Positions 22,465 through 32,466 of a stretch of DNA of 34,642 bases are shown one piece after another. Numbering within the stretch: the first letter of the stretch is position 1; the number at the start of each line of letters is the position of its first letter. Position numbers and translations under genes: made by a program. Location: assembly GCA_003562535.1 (NCBI GenBank), contig PWUP01000090.1, positions 1-34,642 on the forward strand, given 5' to 3'. This stretch comes from Gammaproteobacteria bacterium. Lineage in GTDB: Bacteria; Pseudomonadota; Gammaproteobacteria; Competibacterales; Competibacteraceae. The notes under the pieces are model-generated. The model saw only the letters and a program-made list of their open reading frames with translations. It searched no databases and had not been told where the DNA came from.

Positions 22465-23226
22465 ATGGCGCTGGCTAAACGCATCATCCCCTGTTTGGAT
22501 GTGGATCACGGTCGGGTGGTCAAAGGGGTGAACTTTGTCGATATTCGTGATGCCGGTGATCCGGTTGAAGTCGCCCGCCGTTATAACGAACAAGGGGCCG
22601 ACGAACTGACATTTCTCGACATCACCGCCAGCTCGGATGACCGCGACACCATGGTGCATGTGGTGGAACAGGTTGCCGGTGAAGTCTTTATCCCCCTGAC
22701 CGTTGGCGGCGGAGTACGTCGCTTAGACGATATTCGCACACTGCTGAATGCTGGTGCGGACAAAGTATCGATTAATACGGCGGCGATTCACAATCCCGAT
22801 TTCGTCAAAGCCGCTGCCGACCGCTTCGGTAATCAGTGCATTGTGGTGGCGATTGATGCGAAATCCGTCGCCCCCAACCGTTGGGAGATTTTCACCCACG
22901 GTGGGCGTCGTCCTACCGGGATTGATGCTTTAGCTTGGGCAGAGCAAATGACCGCTTTTGGTGCCGGTGAAATTTTGCTCACTAGCATGGATCGCGACGG
23001 CACCCGCAATGGATTTGATTTGGCGCTGACTCGCACCATCAGTGAAGCGGTCAGTGTTCCAGTGATTGCCTCCGGTGGCGTGGGCGAACTTGACCATCTC
23101 GCCGCAGGTATTCTACACGGCAAGGCCGATGCGGTACTGGCCGCCAGTATTTTCCATTTTGGTGAATACACCATTGCCCAAGCGAAACAGTGTCTCGCCG
23201 ATCATGGCATTGAGGTGCGCTGGTGA
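22465..23226 (+). CDS. hisF: Imidazole glycerol phosphate synthase, cyclase subunit
   Basis: [13 protein letters not shown]... with [11 protein letters not shown]. The start is at ATG 22465, and the ORF-track start at 22411 overlaps hisA. Confidence 0.95.
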   Translation: MALAKRIIPCLDVDHGRVVKGVNFVDIRDAGDPVEVARRYNEQGADELTFLDITASSDDRDTMVHVVEQVAGEVFIPLTVGGGVRRLDDIRTLLNAGADKVSINTAAIHNPDFVKAAADRFGNQCIVVAIDAKSVAPNRWEIFTHGGRRPTGIDALAWAEQMTAFGAGEILLTSMDRDGTRNGFDLALTRTISEAVSVPVIASGGVGELDHLAAGILHGKADAVLAASIFHFGEYTIAQAKQCLADHGIEVRW

Positions 23227-23612
23227 GTTCACACTGGTTAGAGCGCATTCGCTGGAATGAGGCCGGTCTGTTACCCGTGATTGCTCAAGACGCGGACAGC
23301 GGGCGGGTGCTGATGTTGGCGTGGATGAACCGTGAGGCGTTGACGGCGACCGTCACTCGGGGCGAAGCGGTGTATTGGTCACGCTCGCGCCAGCAACTGT
23401 GGCATAAGGGCGAAACGTCCGGCCATGTGCAGAAGATCAAATCCATCCGCTTGGATTGTGACCATGATGCCTTATTGCTTGAAGTCGAACAGGTGCAGGG
23501 TATCGCTTGTCACACGGGTAGGCAAAGTTGTTTTTTTCAGCGCCTCGACGATCACACTTGGCAAACCGTTGACCCGGTATTACGTAACCCCGACGAGATG
23601 TACGGCTTATGA
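23223..23612 (+). CDS. hisI: Phosphoribosyl-AMP cyclohydrolase
   Basis: LLPVIAQD...[17 protein letters not shown]...DCDHDALL...CHTG. The GTG start overlaps the hisF stop. Confidence 0.92.
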   Translation: MSSHWLERIRWNEAGLLPVIAQDADSGRVLMLAWMNREALTATVTRGEAVYWSRSRQQLWHKGETSGHVQKIKSIRLDCDHDALLLEVEQVQGIACHTGRQSCFFQRLDDHTWQTVDPVLRNPDEMYGL

Positions 23613-23941
23613 GTGACATTCTGCACCATCTGGCTCAGACTCTAGAACAACGCAAGCAGGCTAATGCCGACAGTTCTTATGTCGCTAAACTGTATGCCGC
23701 TGGACTCGACGCGATTCTTAAAAAAGTCGGCGAAGAGGCAACAGAAACCGTTATTGCGGCTAAAAATGGTGAACCACGGCAATTAATTCACGAAACGGCG
23801 GATCTGTGGTTTCACACCTTGATTCTGTTGGCTCACCAAGGGCTACGCCCAGAACAGGTATTGGCCGAATTAGAGCGGCGTTTTGGTCAATCGGGTCTGG
23901 CGGAGAAAGCCGCCCGCACATCGCGTTCACCTTCGGCCTGA
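23609..23941 (+). CDS. hisE: Phosphoribosyl-ATP pyrophosphatase
   Basis: SYVAKLY...KKVGEEATE...ETADLWFH motifs. It overlaps hisI by 4 nt. Confidence 0.92.
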   Translation: MSDILHHLAQTLEQRKQANADSSYVAKLYAAGLDAILKKVGEEATETVIAAKNGEPRQLIHETADLWFHTLILLAHQGLRPEQVLAELERRFGQSGLAEKAARTSRSPSA

Positions 23942-23985
23942 TAGGCTCGGGGCAATGCACATTCATTATCGAGGAATAATCCACT

Positions 23986-24246
23986 ATGGGTATTAGTATT
24001 TGGCAATTATTGATTGTACTGGCCATCGTGCTGGTGATATTTGGCGCTAAGCGATTGCGTGGCTTGGGTACGGATCTCGGTGCCTCTGTTAAGGGCTTTC
24101 GCGATGCCATGAAAGAGGGTGAAAACGACAAATCAGACCAACCCATTACGGGAACCGCTGAGCGTAACACCACTGAACCGGCCATCGAAGTCGATAAAGA
24201 ACGGGTGATTGATGCCGAAGTCGTTAAGGATAAAGACAAGACCTAA
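23986..24246 (+). CDS. tatA: Twin-arginine translocase subunit TatA
   Basis: [24 protein letters not shown] followed by an amphipathic helix. Confidence 0.93.
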   Translation: MGISIWQLLIVLAIVLVIFGAKRLRGLGTDLGASVKGFRDAMKEGENDKSDQPITGTAERNTTEPAIEVDKERVIDAEVVKDKDKT

Positions 24247-24266
24247 GCTCGGCGAGAGACTATGCC

Positions 24267-24653
24267 ATGTTTGATATGGGTCTATGGGAAATTTTACTGA
24301 TTGGCGTGATTGCGCTGATTGTGGTAGGGCCTGAGCGCCTCCCACGCTTAGCGCGCACAGCCGGATTGTGGCTGGGCAAAGCCCGCAGTATGGTCGCCAC
24401 CGTCCGTTACGAAGTCGAACGTGAACTCAAAGTCGATGAGTTAAAGCGCGAGATCAAACAACAAACCGATAGTGAAGCGTTTCGTGACCTGAGTGAGCAA
24501 GTCAAATCGGTTCACTCGGATTTGCACTCTGCTGGTAAAGCTTTGCACTCTGACATCGATGGTGCACCAGAGCCGACGGATACGCAAACGCCTAAAGCCG
24601 ATGCTGACCCACCGTCGCAACCCGATTCCCCCTCTAAACCTCATTCAGGATAG
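24267..24653 (+). CDS. tatB: Twin-arginine translocase subunit TatB
   Basis: MFDMGLWEILLIGVIALIVVGPERLP. Confidence 0.9.
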   Translation: MFDMGLWEILLIGVIALIVVGPERLPRLARTAGLWLGKARSMVATVRYEVERELKVDELKREIKQQTDSEAFRDLSEQVKSVHSDLHSAGKALHSDIDGAPEPTDTQTPKADADPPSQPDSPSKPHSG

Positions 24654-24659
24654 CTTACC

Positions 24660-25448
24660 GTGACCCGTTCAGCGGAAGACGATCAAGAGCAACCGTTCAT
24701 CAGCCACTTGATGGAACTGCGCGACCGGCTATTGCGCATGGTACTGGGGATATTGCTGGTATTTGCAGTGTTGGTGCCGTTTGCCAACCCCTTATACCAG
24801 GCGATCTCACAACCGTTACGCGATCAACTGCTCGATGGCCATCAGATGATTGCCACCGGAACCGTCACCCCGTTTTTAGTACCCATCAAACTCACACTGG
24901 CATTGGCTTTTTTTATCGCCTTGCCGTGGGTGCTGTATCAACTGTGGGCGTTTGTCGCTCCAGGCTTGTATCGGCATGAGAAAAAAATGGTCATGCCACT
25001 GGTGGTTTCCAGTACGCTGCTGTTTTATACGGGTATGGCGTTTGCCTATTTTGTCGTGCTGCCCCTGTTTTCTGCCTTTATGGCCGGTACCACGCCGGAT
25101 GGGGTCAACTGGATGCCGGATATTCACCTGTATCTGAGTTTCCTGCTCACGCTGTTTTTCGCATTTGGTATTGCCTTCGAAGTGCCGGTAGCCACGGTAC
25201 TGCTGTGCCTGGTTGGCGTGACTACGCCCGACGCCTTGGCTAAGAAACGTCCGTATATTTTCGTGGGGGCTTTTGTGTTTGGGATGCTGCTCACGCCACC
25301 GGATGTCATTTCCCAAACGCTGCTCGCAATACCCATGTGGTTATTGTTTGAGGTGGGGCTGGTTCTGTCACGCATTTTACTACGGCGTAAAGCGCGGCAG
25401 GCCGCCGCTAACGAATCAGTGCCACCCATTGACAAAGATTCCCCCTGA
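24660..25448 (+). CDS. tatC: Twin-arginine translocase subunit TatC
   Basis: ISHLMELRDRLLR, six TM helices, and a GTG start. Confidence 0.93.
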   Translation: MTRSAEDDQEQPFISHLMELRDRLLRMVLGILLVFAVLVPFANPLYQAISQPLRDQLLDGHQMIATGTVTPFLVPIKLTLALAFFIALPWVLYQLWAFVAPGLYRHEKKMVMPLVVSSTLLFYTGMAFAYFVVLPLFSAFMAGTTPDGVNWMPDIHLYLSFLLTLFFAFGIAFEVPVATVLLCLVGVTTPDALAKKRPYIFVGAFVFGMLLTPPDVISQTLLAIPMWLLFEVGLVLSRILLRRKARQAAANESVPPIDKDSP

Positions 25449-25492
25449 TGCGGCCGGCTCCGTATCAATCAACCTAATTGTGAAACCAGCCA

Positions 25493-25508
25493 TGTTTCAC
25501 GTGAAACA
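25493..25508. other. parS-type centromere site (perfect 16-bp palindrome)
   Basis: TGTTTCACGTGAAACA is an exact match to the ParB/Spo0J parS consensus tGTTNCACGTGAAACa. It extends to the 18-bp palindrome ATGTTTCACGTGAAACAT and ends 20 bp upstream of the glyQ ATG. A GTGAAAC half-site lies at 25480-25486. Confidence 0.75.
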
Positions 25509-25528
25509 TTCAAGCCCAACGGAGGGTA

Positions 25529-26449
25529 ATGGTGTACGACCCCAAAACATTTCAGGGCATGATTCTAGCCCTGCAGGATTACTGGTCTGAGCAAGGCTGT
25601 GTCCTAGTCCAACCCTATGATATGGAGGTGGGTGCGGGTACATTCCACCCGGCTACCTTTTTACGGGCTATCGGCCCTGAGCCGTGGAGTTCGGCCTATG
25701 TACAGCCTTCACGCCGTCCTACCGATGGCCGCTACGGCGAAAACCCCAACCGCTTACAGCATTATTATCAATATCAAGTGGTGATTAAGCCGTCACCGAT
25801 TAATTTACAAGAACTGTATCTAGCCTCACTGTACCGTCTTGGCATCGACCCGCTGATTCATGATATCCGCTTTGTCGAGGATAACTGGGAATCACCGACT
25901 TTGGGCGCTTGGGGATTGGGCTGGGAAGTATGGCTTAACGGTATGGAGATCACGCAGTTTACCTATTTCCAACAAGCCGGGGGATTGGATTGTCGGCCAG
26001 TGATGGGTGAATTAACCTATGGTTTGGAGCGCATCGCCATGTACTTACAGGGCGTGGAAAGCGTGTTTGATTTGGTATGGACGGACGGCCCGCTAGGCCG
26101 AGTCACTTATGGCGATGTGTATCATCAAAATGAAGTCGAGCAATCACGCTACAATTTTGAATTAGCCGACACCCAAAGTTTATTTGACTGGTTTGATACC
26201 TGTGAGCGCGAAGGTGAACAACTCATTGAGCAGGGTTTACCGTTACCCGCCTACGAAATGACCTTGAAAGCCTCACACACCTTTAATTTACTCGATGCCC
26301 GCAAAGCGATTTCAGTCACTGAACGCCAACGCTATCTGCTACGGGTGCGTACCATGGCCCGCGCCGTCGCCCATAGTTACTACGCCAGTCGTGAACAACT
26401 CGGTTTTCCCATGTGTGCCAACCCGCAGGTGAATCCTGATGGCCGCTAA
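25529..26449 (+). CDS. glyQ: Glycine--tRNA ligase alpha subunit
   Basis: [18 protein letters not shown]... is very highly conserved in GlyQ. A GGAGGG RBS is present. Confidence 0.97.
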   Translation: MVYDPKTFQGMILALQDYWSEQGCVLVQPYDMEVGAGTFHPATFLRAIGPEPWSSAYVQPSRRPTDGRYGENPNRLQHYYQYQVVIKPSPINLQELYLASLYRLGIDPLIHDIRFVEDNWESPTLGAWGLGWEVWLNGMEITQFTYFQQAGGLDCRPVMGELTYGLERIAMYLQGVESVFDLVWTDGPLGRVTYGDVYHQNEVEQSRYNFELADTQSLFDWFDTCEREGEQLIEQGLPLPAYEMTLKASHTFNLLDARKAISVTERQRYLLRVRTMARAVAHSYYASREQLGFPMCANPQVNPDGR

Positions 26450-28523
26450 CCCTTCCCAGACCCGTGACCTATTGTTTGAGATGGGCACTGAAGAACTTCC
26501 ACCCAATCTGGTATTCAGCCTAGCACACGCCTTACAACAGGCTATCGTGCAAGGTTTGGACAAAGCTCAGCTTGCGCATGGCGAGGCGCAGTGTTTCGCC
26601 ACCCCTCGGCGTCTGGCGGTGTGGGTGGCTGACGTAGCGACTCAGCAACCGGATCAACAGCAGGAACGCCGCGGACCTGCACTGCGAGCGGCCTTCGATG
26701 CTCAAGGCCAGCCCACTAAAGCGGCTCAGGGGTTCGCCCAATCCTGCGGAGTCAGTGTTACGCAACTGGAACGGATGGAAACCGATAAAGGCATCTGGTT
26801 AGTGCATCGGCAACAGCAGCATGGCCAAGCGGCTGAGCGGTTGATTCCTGAACTCATCACTCACGCGGTTGATGCCTTGCCCATCCCCAAACGCATGCGT
26901 TGGGGGGCAGGGGATGCCGCCTTTTCACGTCCGGTGCGTTGGCTGCTGTTATTGTTTGGCGAGCAGGTGATCCCGTTGCGGCTGTTTGCACTCGATGCAG
27001 GTTCTATCAGTTATGGCCATCGTTTTCATCACCCTGATCCACTGACCATAAGCACTGCCCGCACTTATGCCGAACAGTTACATCAGCCCGGCCAAGTGAT
27101 TGCCGATTTTGCCGAACGCCGAGCGCGTATTCATCAGCAAGTCACAGAGATTGCCGCTGCTGCGGGAGGTAAAGCCGTGGTGACTGACGCCTTGCTGGAT
27201 GAAGTGACCGCCTTAACCGAATGGCCGGTAGCGATTCTGGGGCATTTTGAGGAGCGGTTTCTGCAAGTCCCCGCTGAGGCGTTAATCACTACCATGCAAT
27301 ACCACCAGCGCTATTTTCCCGTGGTGGACGCCTCCGGTCAGCTCATGCCGTGTTTTATTGCCATCAGTAATCTCATCAGCCAAGACCCGGAGCAGGTGCG
27401 TATCGGCAATGAACGGGTGATTCGACCGCGGTTTAGCGATGCTGAATTTTTCTGGAATCAAGATCGAGCGCGTCCCCTAGCGGTACGGACGGAACGTTTA
27501 GCCACGGTGATCTTCCAGCAGCAATTGGGGACCTTGCGTGATAAATCACTGCGGGTGCAAACCTTAGCTGTGGACATTGCGCAGCAGTTGAACGCCTCAG
27601 TTGAATTCGCCCAACGAGCGGCTGAGCTGGCTAAATGTGATTTGCTGACCGATATGGTGCAGGAATTTCCTGAGCTACAGGGGGTGATGGGCAGTCATTA
27701 TGCCCGCCACGATGGCGAGCCGGACGAAGTGGCTCAAGCCCTAGAGGAACAGTACCGTCCGGCCTTTGCCGGCGATACCTTACCGCACACACCAACGGGG
27801 CAAATTTTAGCCATCGCCGAACGCTTAGATACTCTGGTGGGGATTTTTGCCATTGGCCAAGCGCCCACGGGGAACCGCGATCCTTTTGCGCTGCGACGTG
27901 CGGCATTAGGTGTCAATCGTATTTTCATCGAATGCCGTTTACCGTTAGATTGTGAAGCGTTACTGCAGAAAGCAGCACAGGCGTACACGTCAGACGTTGA
28001 TGCCGAGTCAGTCATCTCCGAGGTGTTTGACTTCATTTTTGAGCGTCTGCGTGCTTATTATCAGGAACGTGAGGTCAGTGGTGATTTATTTGCCGCAGTA
28101 TTAGCCAATCGCCCGACTCAACCCTTAGATTTTGACCGGCGCTTGCAGGCCGTCAGTGCCTTTAGGGAATTACCCGAAGCGGCTGACCTGATTGCGGCGA
28201 ATAAACGGATTCGCAATATTCTGCGTAAAGTGCCAGGCCCGTTACCGGCTGAACCCGATGCGGCCATGCTCTACGAACCGGTAGAACAAACCCTATTGAC
28301 TCGGATGACTCAGATTACCCCCAGCGTCTCTGCACAGTTAGCACAAGCCGACTATGCCGCTGCGTTAAGTCAACTGGCTACACTGCGTGATCCCGTCGAT
28401 CAGTTTTTTGAGCACGTCATGGTGATGGCCGATGACATCGCGGTACGCAATAATCGCCTGGCACTGTTAGCGCAACTGGATGCGCTATTCAATCAGGTGG
28501 CCGATTTGTCACGCTTGCGTTGA
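26439..28523 (+). CDS. glyS: Glycine--tRNA ligase beta subunit
   Basis: [13 protein letters not shown]-terminus, 694 aa, overlapping the glyQ stop. Confidence 0.96.
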   Translation: MAANPSQTRDLLFEMGTEELPPNLVFSLAHALQQAIVQGLDKAQLAHGEAQCFATPRRLAVWVADVATQQPDQQQERRGPALRAAFDAQGQPTKAAQGFAQSCGVSVTQLERMETDKGIWLVHRQQQHGQAAERLIPELITHAVDALPIPKRMRWGAGDAAFSRPVRWLLLLFGEQVIPLRLFALDAGSISYGHRFHHPDPLTISTARTYAEQLHQPGQVIADFAERRARIHQQVTEIAAAAGGKAVVTDALLDEVTALTEWPVAILGHFEERFLQVPAEALITTMQYHQRYFPVVDASGQLMPCFIAISNLISQDPEQVRIGNERVIRPRFSDAEFFWNQDRARPLAVRTERLATVIFQQQLGTLRDKSLRVQTLAVDIAQQLNASVEFAQRAAELAKCDLLTDMVQEFPELQGVMGSHYARHDGEPDEVAQALEEQYRPAFAGDTLPHTPTGQILAIAERLDTLVGIFAIGQAPTGNRDPFALRRAALGVNRIFIECRLPLDCEALLQKAAQAYTSDVDAESVISEVFDFIFERLRAYYQEREVSGDLFAAVLANRPTQPLDFDRRLQAVSAFRELPEAADLIAANKRIRNILRKVPGPLPAEPDAAMLYEPVEQTLLTRMTQITPSVSAQLAQADYAAALSQLATLRDPVDQFFEHVMVMADDIAVRNNRLALLAQLDALFNQVADLSRLR

Positions 28524-28533
28524 GTAGTGTGCT

Positions 28534-29076
28534 GTGAAACTGGCCGTATTAGGTCGTGATGGCGTCATCAACCATGCCGCACCGGAGATTATCCGACGAC
28601 CGGAAGATTGGCACCCTTATCCTGGTAGTCTCGAAGCCATTGCCCGCTTAAACCGAGCGGATTACTTGGTGGTAGTGGCGACCAATCAGCCGGGTATCGC
28701 TCAAGGGTTGATTGATATGGACAGCCTCAATCGTATTCATGAACGGATGCAGCAACAACTGCGCCGCTGTGGTGGCTCCTTGGATGCGATCTTTTTTTGC
28801 CCTGCAGACGATGATACCCATCCTGATCGTAAACCTAACCCCGGTTTACTACTGGCCATTGCTCAACGTTTCGGTGTGGCTTTGGAGAATGTTCCCGTCA
28901 TCGGCGACTGCCTTAAAGATATTCGCGCCGCTCAAGCGGTGCATGCTCAACCCTTACTGGTATTAACCGGCGAAGGCGAGCTGACGGCGGCACGGCTACC
29001 TGAACGCTGCATACCCGTGTTCACCGATTTAGCAGCGGCTGTGGATTATTGTCTTAAAACCGAGGGGCAGGATTAA
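28534..29076 (+). CDS. gmhB: GmhB-like HAD-IIIA phosphatase homologue (D,D-heptose 1,7-bisphosphate phosphatase family) with a degenerate motif I
   Basis: VVATNQPGIA (motif II), RKPNPGLL (motif III) and IGDCLKDIRAA (motif IV) are present, but motif I reads LGRDGVIN instead of LDRDGxIN. It occupies the conserved position after glyS. Confidence 0.75.
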   Translation: MKLAVLGRDGVINHAAPEIIRRPEDWHPYPGSLEAIARLNRADYLVVVATNQPGIAQGLIDMDSLNRIHERMQQQLRRCGGSLDAIFFCPADDDTHPDRKPNPGLLLAIAQRFGVALENVPVIGDCLKDIRAAQAVHAQPLLVLTGEGELTAARLPERCIPVFTDLAAAVDYCLKTEGQD

Positions 29077-29822
29077 TGTCAACGCGGCAACACATCAATT
29101 TAGTGATAAGAGCCTTAGTCTTTTATAGCGGGATGCTGGTCTCTGGTATCCTCATTGGCGCAGTCATCCTAGTGTTTGGATTATGGCGCCCAACATGGAG
29201 CTATGCCCTGTCACAAATGTGGTGCCGTTGGCAAATTGAGTGGCTACGCTGCATCTGTGGTGTGGATTACCAAGTCAGTGGTTGGGATAATGTCCCAGAT
29301 GAACCGGTTGTGATCTTAGCCAAACACCAATCAGCTTGGGAGACGCTGTTTTTACACTCACGTTTACCCCCTGTGGCGTGGGTGCTTAAACGCGAATTAT
29401 TGTGGATTCCTCTGTTCGGTTGGGCAATGACAATGATCGGCCCTATCGCCATCAACCGCAAAGCAGCCAGCTCGGCAATCAGTAAAATTATTGAACAAGG
29501 TCAGCAGGCGTTAGCGCAAGGTCGCAGCGTCGTAGTATTCCCAGAAGGCACCCGCTCAGCACCCGGTCAGCGCGGGCGCTATAAATTAGGTGGGGCTCGT
29601 TTAGCGGCACGCAGTGGTTATCCCGTGGTGCCGATTGCCCATAATGCGGGTGAATTCTGGCGACGCCAGGGCTTTATCAAAACACCAGGCACGGTTCACG
29701 TCGTGGTCGGCCCATTGATTCCGACCCAAGGACTGAGCGCCCAACAAATTAACCAACAGGCTGAGGAGTGGATCGAGCAAACCATGCTAACACTGCCAGC
29801 CGCTCGCTCTGATGAATTATAG
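29076..29822 (+). CDS. plsC: 1-acyl-sn-glycerol-3-phosphate acyltransferase
   Basis: KHQSAWE (HX4-acidic) and VFPEGTRS acyltransferase motifs, with an N-terminal TM segment. Confidence 0.88.
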   Translation: MSTRQHINLVIRALVFYSGMLVSGILIGAVILVFGLWRPTWSYALSQMWCRWQIEWLRCICGVDYQVSGWDNVPDEPVVILAKHQSAWETLFLHSRLPPVAWVLKRELLWIPLFGWAMTMIGPIAINRKAASSAISKIIEQGQQALAQGRSVVVFPEGTRSAPGQRGRYKLGGARLAARSGYPVVPIAHNAGEFWRRQGFIKTPGTVHVVVGPLIPTQGLSAQQINQQAEEWIEQTMLTLPAARSDEL

Positions 29823-29848
29823 GTACGATAGCTTTATCGGGCAGTGAA

Positions 29849-29864
29849 TGTTTCACGTGAAACA
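29849..29864. other. parS-type centromere site (perfect 16-bp palindrome)
   Basis: TGTTTCACGTGAAACA lies within the same 18-mer ATGTTTCACGTGAAACAT seen at 25492-25509, in the plsC/ruvB convergent gap. Confidence 0.75.
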
Positions 29865-29867
29865 TCT

Positions 29868-29883
29868 GGTTTCACGTGAAACC
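29868..29883. other. parS-like site, variant outer bases (perfect 16-bp palindrome)
   Basis: GGTTTCACGTGAAACC keeps the 14-bp core GTTTCACGTGAAAC. Its centre is 19 bp from the centre of the previous site, and it ends 1 nt before the ruvB stop codon. Confidence 0.65.
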
Positions 29884-29884
29884 A

Positions 29885-30925
29885 CTATGGATCAAATAAG
29901 GGCTGTTGTTGATGTTCAGGGCGCTGGGGTTCGGGCAAACCTAAAACCCGATAAGCGTATTGTGTCGCCAGTCGCCCGCGTGGGGTACGCATCAAATAGC
30001 CCTGTTGTAATAAATACGGCTCTAAAACATCTTCAATCGTACCGCGTTCTTCACCCAGTGCTGCCCCTAGGGTATCCAAACCCACCGGCCCACCGGCAAA
30101 CTTATCAATAATCAAACGCAGCAAGCGGCGATCTAACTCATCAAAACCACACTCATCGACTTTCAACATACGCAGCGCTTGCTGTGCTACCTCGCGGGTA
30201 ATCTGGTTATCCGCCCGCACTTGAGCATAATCCCGCACCCGGCGCAGCAGACGATTAGCAATCCGTGGTGTACCGCGTGAACGTCGCCCGATTTCCGCCG
30301 CACCGAGTGGTTCCGCCGCCACATTTAAAATGGCCGCTGACCGTTGGACAATGGAGGTCAGTTCAGCCTCGGTATAAAACTCCAAGCGCTGGACAATACC
30401 GAAACGATCACGCAGTGGCGAGGTTAATAACCCCGCACGAGTCGTCGCACCGACCAAAGTAAATGGGGGAAGATCCAGTTTAATCGACCGCGCAGAGGGG
30501 CCTTCACCAATCATAATATCGAGCTGATAATCCTCCATGGCAGGATATAACACCTCTTCGACCACGGGGCTGAGACGATGGATTTCATCGATAAACAGTA
30601 CATCATGCGGTTCAAGATTCGTCAGCAAAGCAGCCAAATCACCCGGGCGTTCCAATACTGGCCCCGAGGTTTGACGCAAACTCGCGCCTAGTTCAGCCGC
30701 GATAATATGAGCCAGCGTGGTTTTGCCCAAGCCTGGCGGACCGAACAATAACACATGATCCAAAGCCTCTTGGCGTGCCACGGCGGCATGAATAAAAATC
30801 TCTAACTGCTCGCGCAGCACGGCCTGGCCCACATAATCAGCCAGGCGCTTGGGGCGAATGGCTCGATCCAGTGAAACATCATCACTGGCGGCTTCTGCTG
30901 AAATCAAGCGTTCCGAAGGGGTCAT
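29885..30925 (-). CDS. ruvB: Holliday junction branch migration ATPase RuvB
   Basis: [14 protein letters not shown] (Walker A), [19 protein letters not shown]. Confidence 0.97.
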   Translation of the reverse strand: MTPSERLISAEAASDDVSLDRAIRPKRLADYVGQAVLREQLEIFIHAAVARQEALDHVLLFGPPGLGKTTLAHIIAAELGASLRQTSGPVLERPGDLAALLTNLEPHDVLFIDEIHRLSPVVEEVLYPAMEDYQLDIMIGEGPSARSIKLDLPPFTLVGATTRAGLLTSPLRDRFGIVQRLEFYTEAELTSIVQRSAAILNVAAEPLGAAEIGRRSRGTPRIANRLLRRVRDYAQVRADNQITREVAQQALRMLKVDECGFDELDRRLLRLIIDKFAGGPVGLDTLGAALGEERGTIEDVLEPYLLQQGYLMRTPRGRLATQYAYRVLGLPEPQRPEHQQQPLFDP

Positions 30926-31530
30926 CGTTTCACCGTGGCTTGTAGGGCTTGGCGGATAATTTGATCGCTGCTGAGATCGGTACTCTCGATGGCTTTCACC
31001 ATGCGGGCCGCATCCACCGGTTTATAGCCTAAAGTGACTAAGGCACTGATGGCATCTTCAATGGGATCGGGACGCGGGGCCAGCCCAGATTCCGAGCGCG
31101 GTGCTCCACTGCTGACGCCCGCCTCGGGCGCTTGCAGGCGATCACGCATTTCCACCACTAAACGCTCTGCTGTGCGTTTACCAATACCAGGCAAACGCAT
31201 CAATGTGGCCGTATCACCTTCTTGGATGCACCGCGCAAAGGTTTGGGCATTCATGCCGGATAAAATCAGCAATGCGAGTTTCGCGCCCACGCCGGTTACC
31301 CGAATTAGACTGCGAAACAAGCTGCGTTCTTCTAAATCCGTAAAACCGTAAAGCAGATGCGCATCATCGCGCACAGCCAAATGGGTGTAGAGGGTGGCCT
31401 CTTCACCCACATTAGGCAGTTCGCCGAACGTAGTCAGCGACCCCTCCAGTTCATAAGCCACCCCGCCGACATCCACCATCACCCACGGCGGTTGTTTGAG
31501 TAGCACCTGACCGCGCAACCGCCCGATCAC
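30922..31530 (-). CDS. ruvA: Holliday junction DNA helicase subunit RuvA
   Basis: MIGRLRG...V.VGGVAYE, with HhH motifs ([25 protein letters not shown]). The GTG start overlaps the yebC stop (GTGA). Confidence 0.95.
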   Translation of the reverse strand: MIGRLRGQVLLKQPPWVMVDVGGVAYELEGSLTTFGELPNVGEEATLYTHLAVRDDAHLLYGFTDLEERSLFRSLIRVTGVGAKLALLILSGMNAQTFARCIQEGDTATLMRLPGIGKRTAERLVVEMRDRLQAPEAGVSSGAPRSESGLAPRPDPIEDAISALVTLGYKPVDAARMVKAIESTDLSSDQIIRQALQATVKR

Positions 31531-32273
31531 GCCAGTTCCGCCAGTACGTCGTCGGAAAACTCGGCGTTGGAATACACATTCTGGGTGTCGTCTAACTCCT
31601 CTAGCAGATCGAGCAGCTTCAACGCTTTCTGAGCGTCTTCGCCTTCCAGTGCGGCACTACTTTGAGCGCGCAAAGTGATTTCAGCATTCTCAGGCATCAG
31701 CTCAGCCGCCAGCATGGCCTGCTTCACCTGTTCGAAATCAGCAGGCACTGTGAGCACTTCGACTGAACCGTCTTCGCTACTGATGACATCTTCAGCGCCG
31801 GCTTCTAAGGCAACTTCCATAATCCGGTCTTCATCGCTGTCTGGAGGAAAACCAATCACCCCCCGTTCATCGAATTGAAACGCCACCGAGCCGCTTGTCC
31901 CCAGATTGCCACCGCATTTGGAAAAAACATGTCGCACTTCAGCCACCGCACGGTTACGATTATCCGTCATGCAATCGACAATGACTGCCATACCGCCTGG
32001 CCCATAACCCTCATAGCGAATCTCTTCGTATTCAACCCCGTCGAGTTCTCCGGCACCGCGTTTAATCGCCCGTTCAATGGTATCTTTAGGCATATTAGCG
32101 GCTAAGGCTTTGTCCATTGCTAAGCGCAAACGAGGATTAGATTCGGGATCAGAGCCTCCCATCCGACTCGCCACGGTGATTTCCCGAATCATCCGAGTGA
32201 ACACTTTACCTCGCTTAGCGTCTTGGGCTTTTTTGCGGTGTTGAATATTCGCCCATTTACTGTGTCCTGCCAT
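31527..32273 (-). CDS. yebC: YebC/PmpR family DNA-binding transcriptional regulator
   Basis: [23 protein letters not shown] is the canonical YebC N-terminus. Confidence 0.95.
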   Translation of the reverse strand: MAGHSKWANIQHRKKAQDAKRGKVFTRMIREITVASRMGGSDPESNPRLRLAMDKALAANMPKDTIERAIKRGAGELDGVEYEEIRYEGYGPGGMAVIVDCMTDNRNRAVAEVRHVFSKCGGNLGTSGSVAFQFDERGVIGFPPDSDEDRIMEVALEAGAEDVISSEDGSVEVLTVPADFEQVKQAMLAAELMPENAEITLRAQSSAALEGEDAQKALKLLDLLEELDDTQNVYSNAEFSDDVLAELA

Positions 32274-32441
32274 CGCTTATCCTCACAACATCATTGAAAG
32301 TGTGAATATTACCATTGGCGGCGCTGTTTATGCTGAAAGCGTCCGTGATCATTCAGTCCCCTCACCCCAACCCTCTCCCAAAGGAGTGGGCGTTTAAGGC
32401 CGGGGTCTGAACGCTTACGCGACCGAACGGCGCCCATTGAT

Positions 32442-32457
32442 TGTTTCACGTGAAACA
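32442..32457. other. parS-type centromere site (perfect 16-bp palindrome)
   Basis: TGTTTCACGTGAAACA extends to the 20-bp palindrome ATTGTTTCACGTGAAACAAT (32440-32459), between the hydrolase stop and the yebC start. Confidence 0.75.
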
Positions 32458-32466
32458 ATGGCCACC

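Noticed and set aside
25273-25590. ORFs beginning or containing MFHVKH / VSRET (25273-25590, 29848-30111 and 32437-32679, all on the + strand)
   Set aside because: These peptides are simply the translation of the parS palindrome (ATG TTT CAC GTG AAA CAT). The ORFs overlap well-supported genes (tatC/glyQ, ruvB, the hydrolase) in other frames or on the other strand.
32358-32393. CCCCTCACCCCAACCCTCTCCCAAAGGAGTGGG, which resembles dispersed REP-like elements seen in other genomes
   Set aside because: Only one copy is visible in the window, so a repeat family cannot be claimed. It is noted only as part of the duplicated segment near yebC.
25493-32457. Reading the GTTTCACGTGAAAC palindromes as ordinary rho-independent terminators or REP elements
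   Set aside because: The stems would have almost no loop and no consistent U-tract. One copy lies between co-directional genes directly in front of the glyQ RBS. The exact identity to the parS consensus in four copies is a better explanation. A secondary terminator role for the 29849-29883 doublet is still possible.
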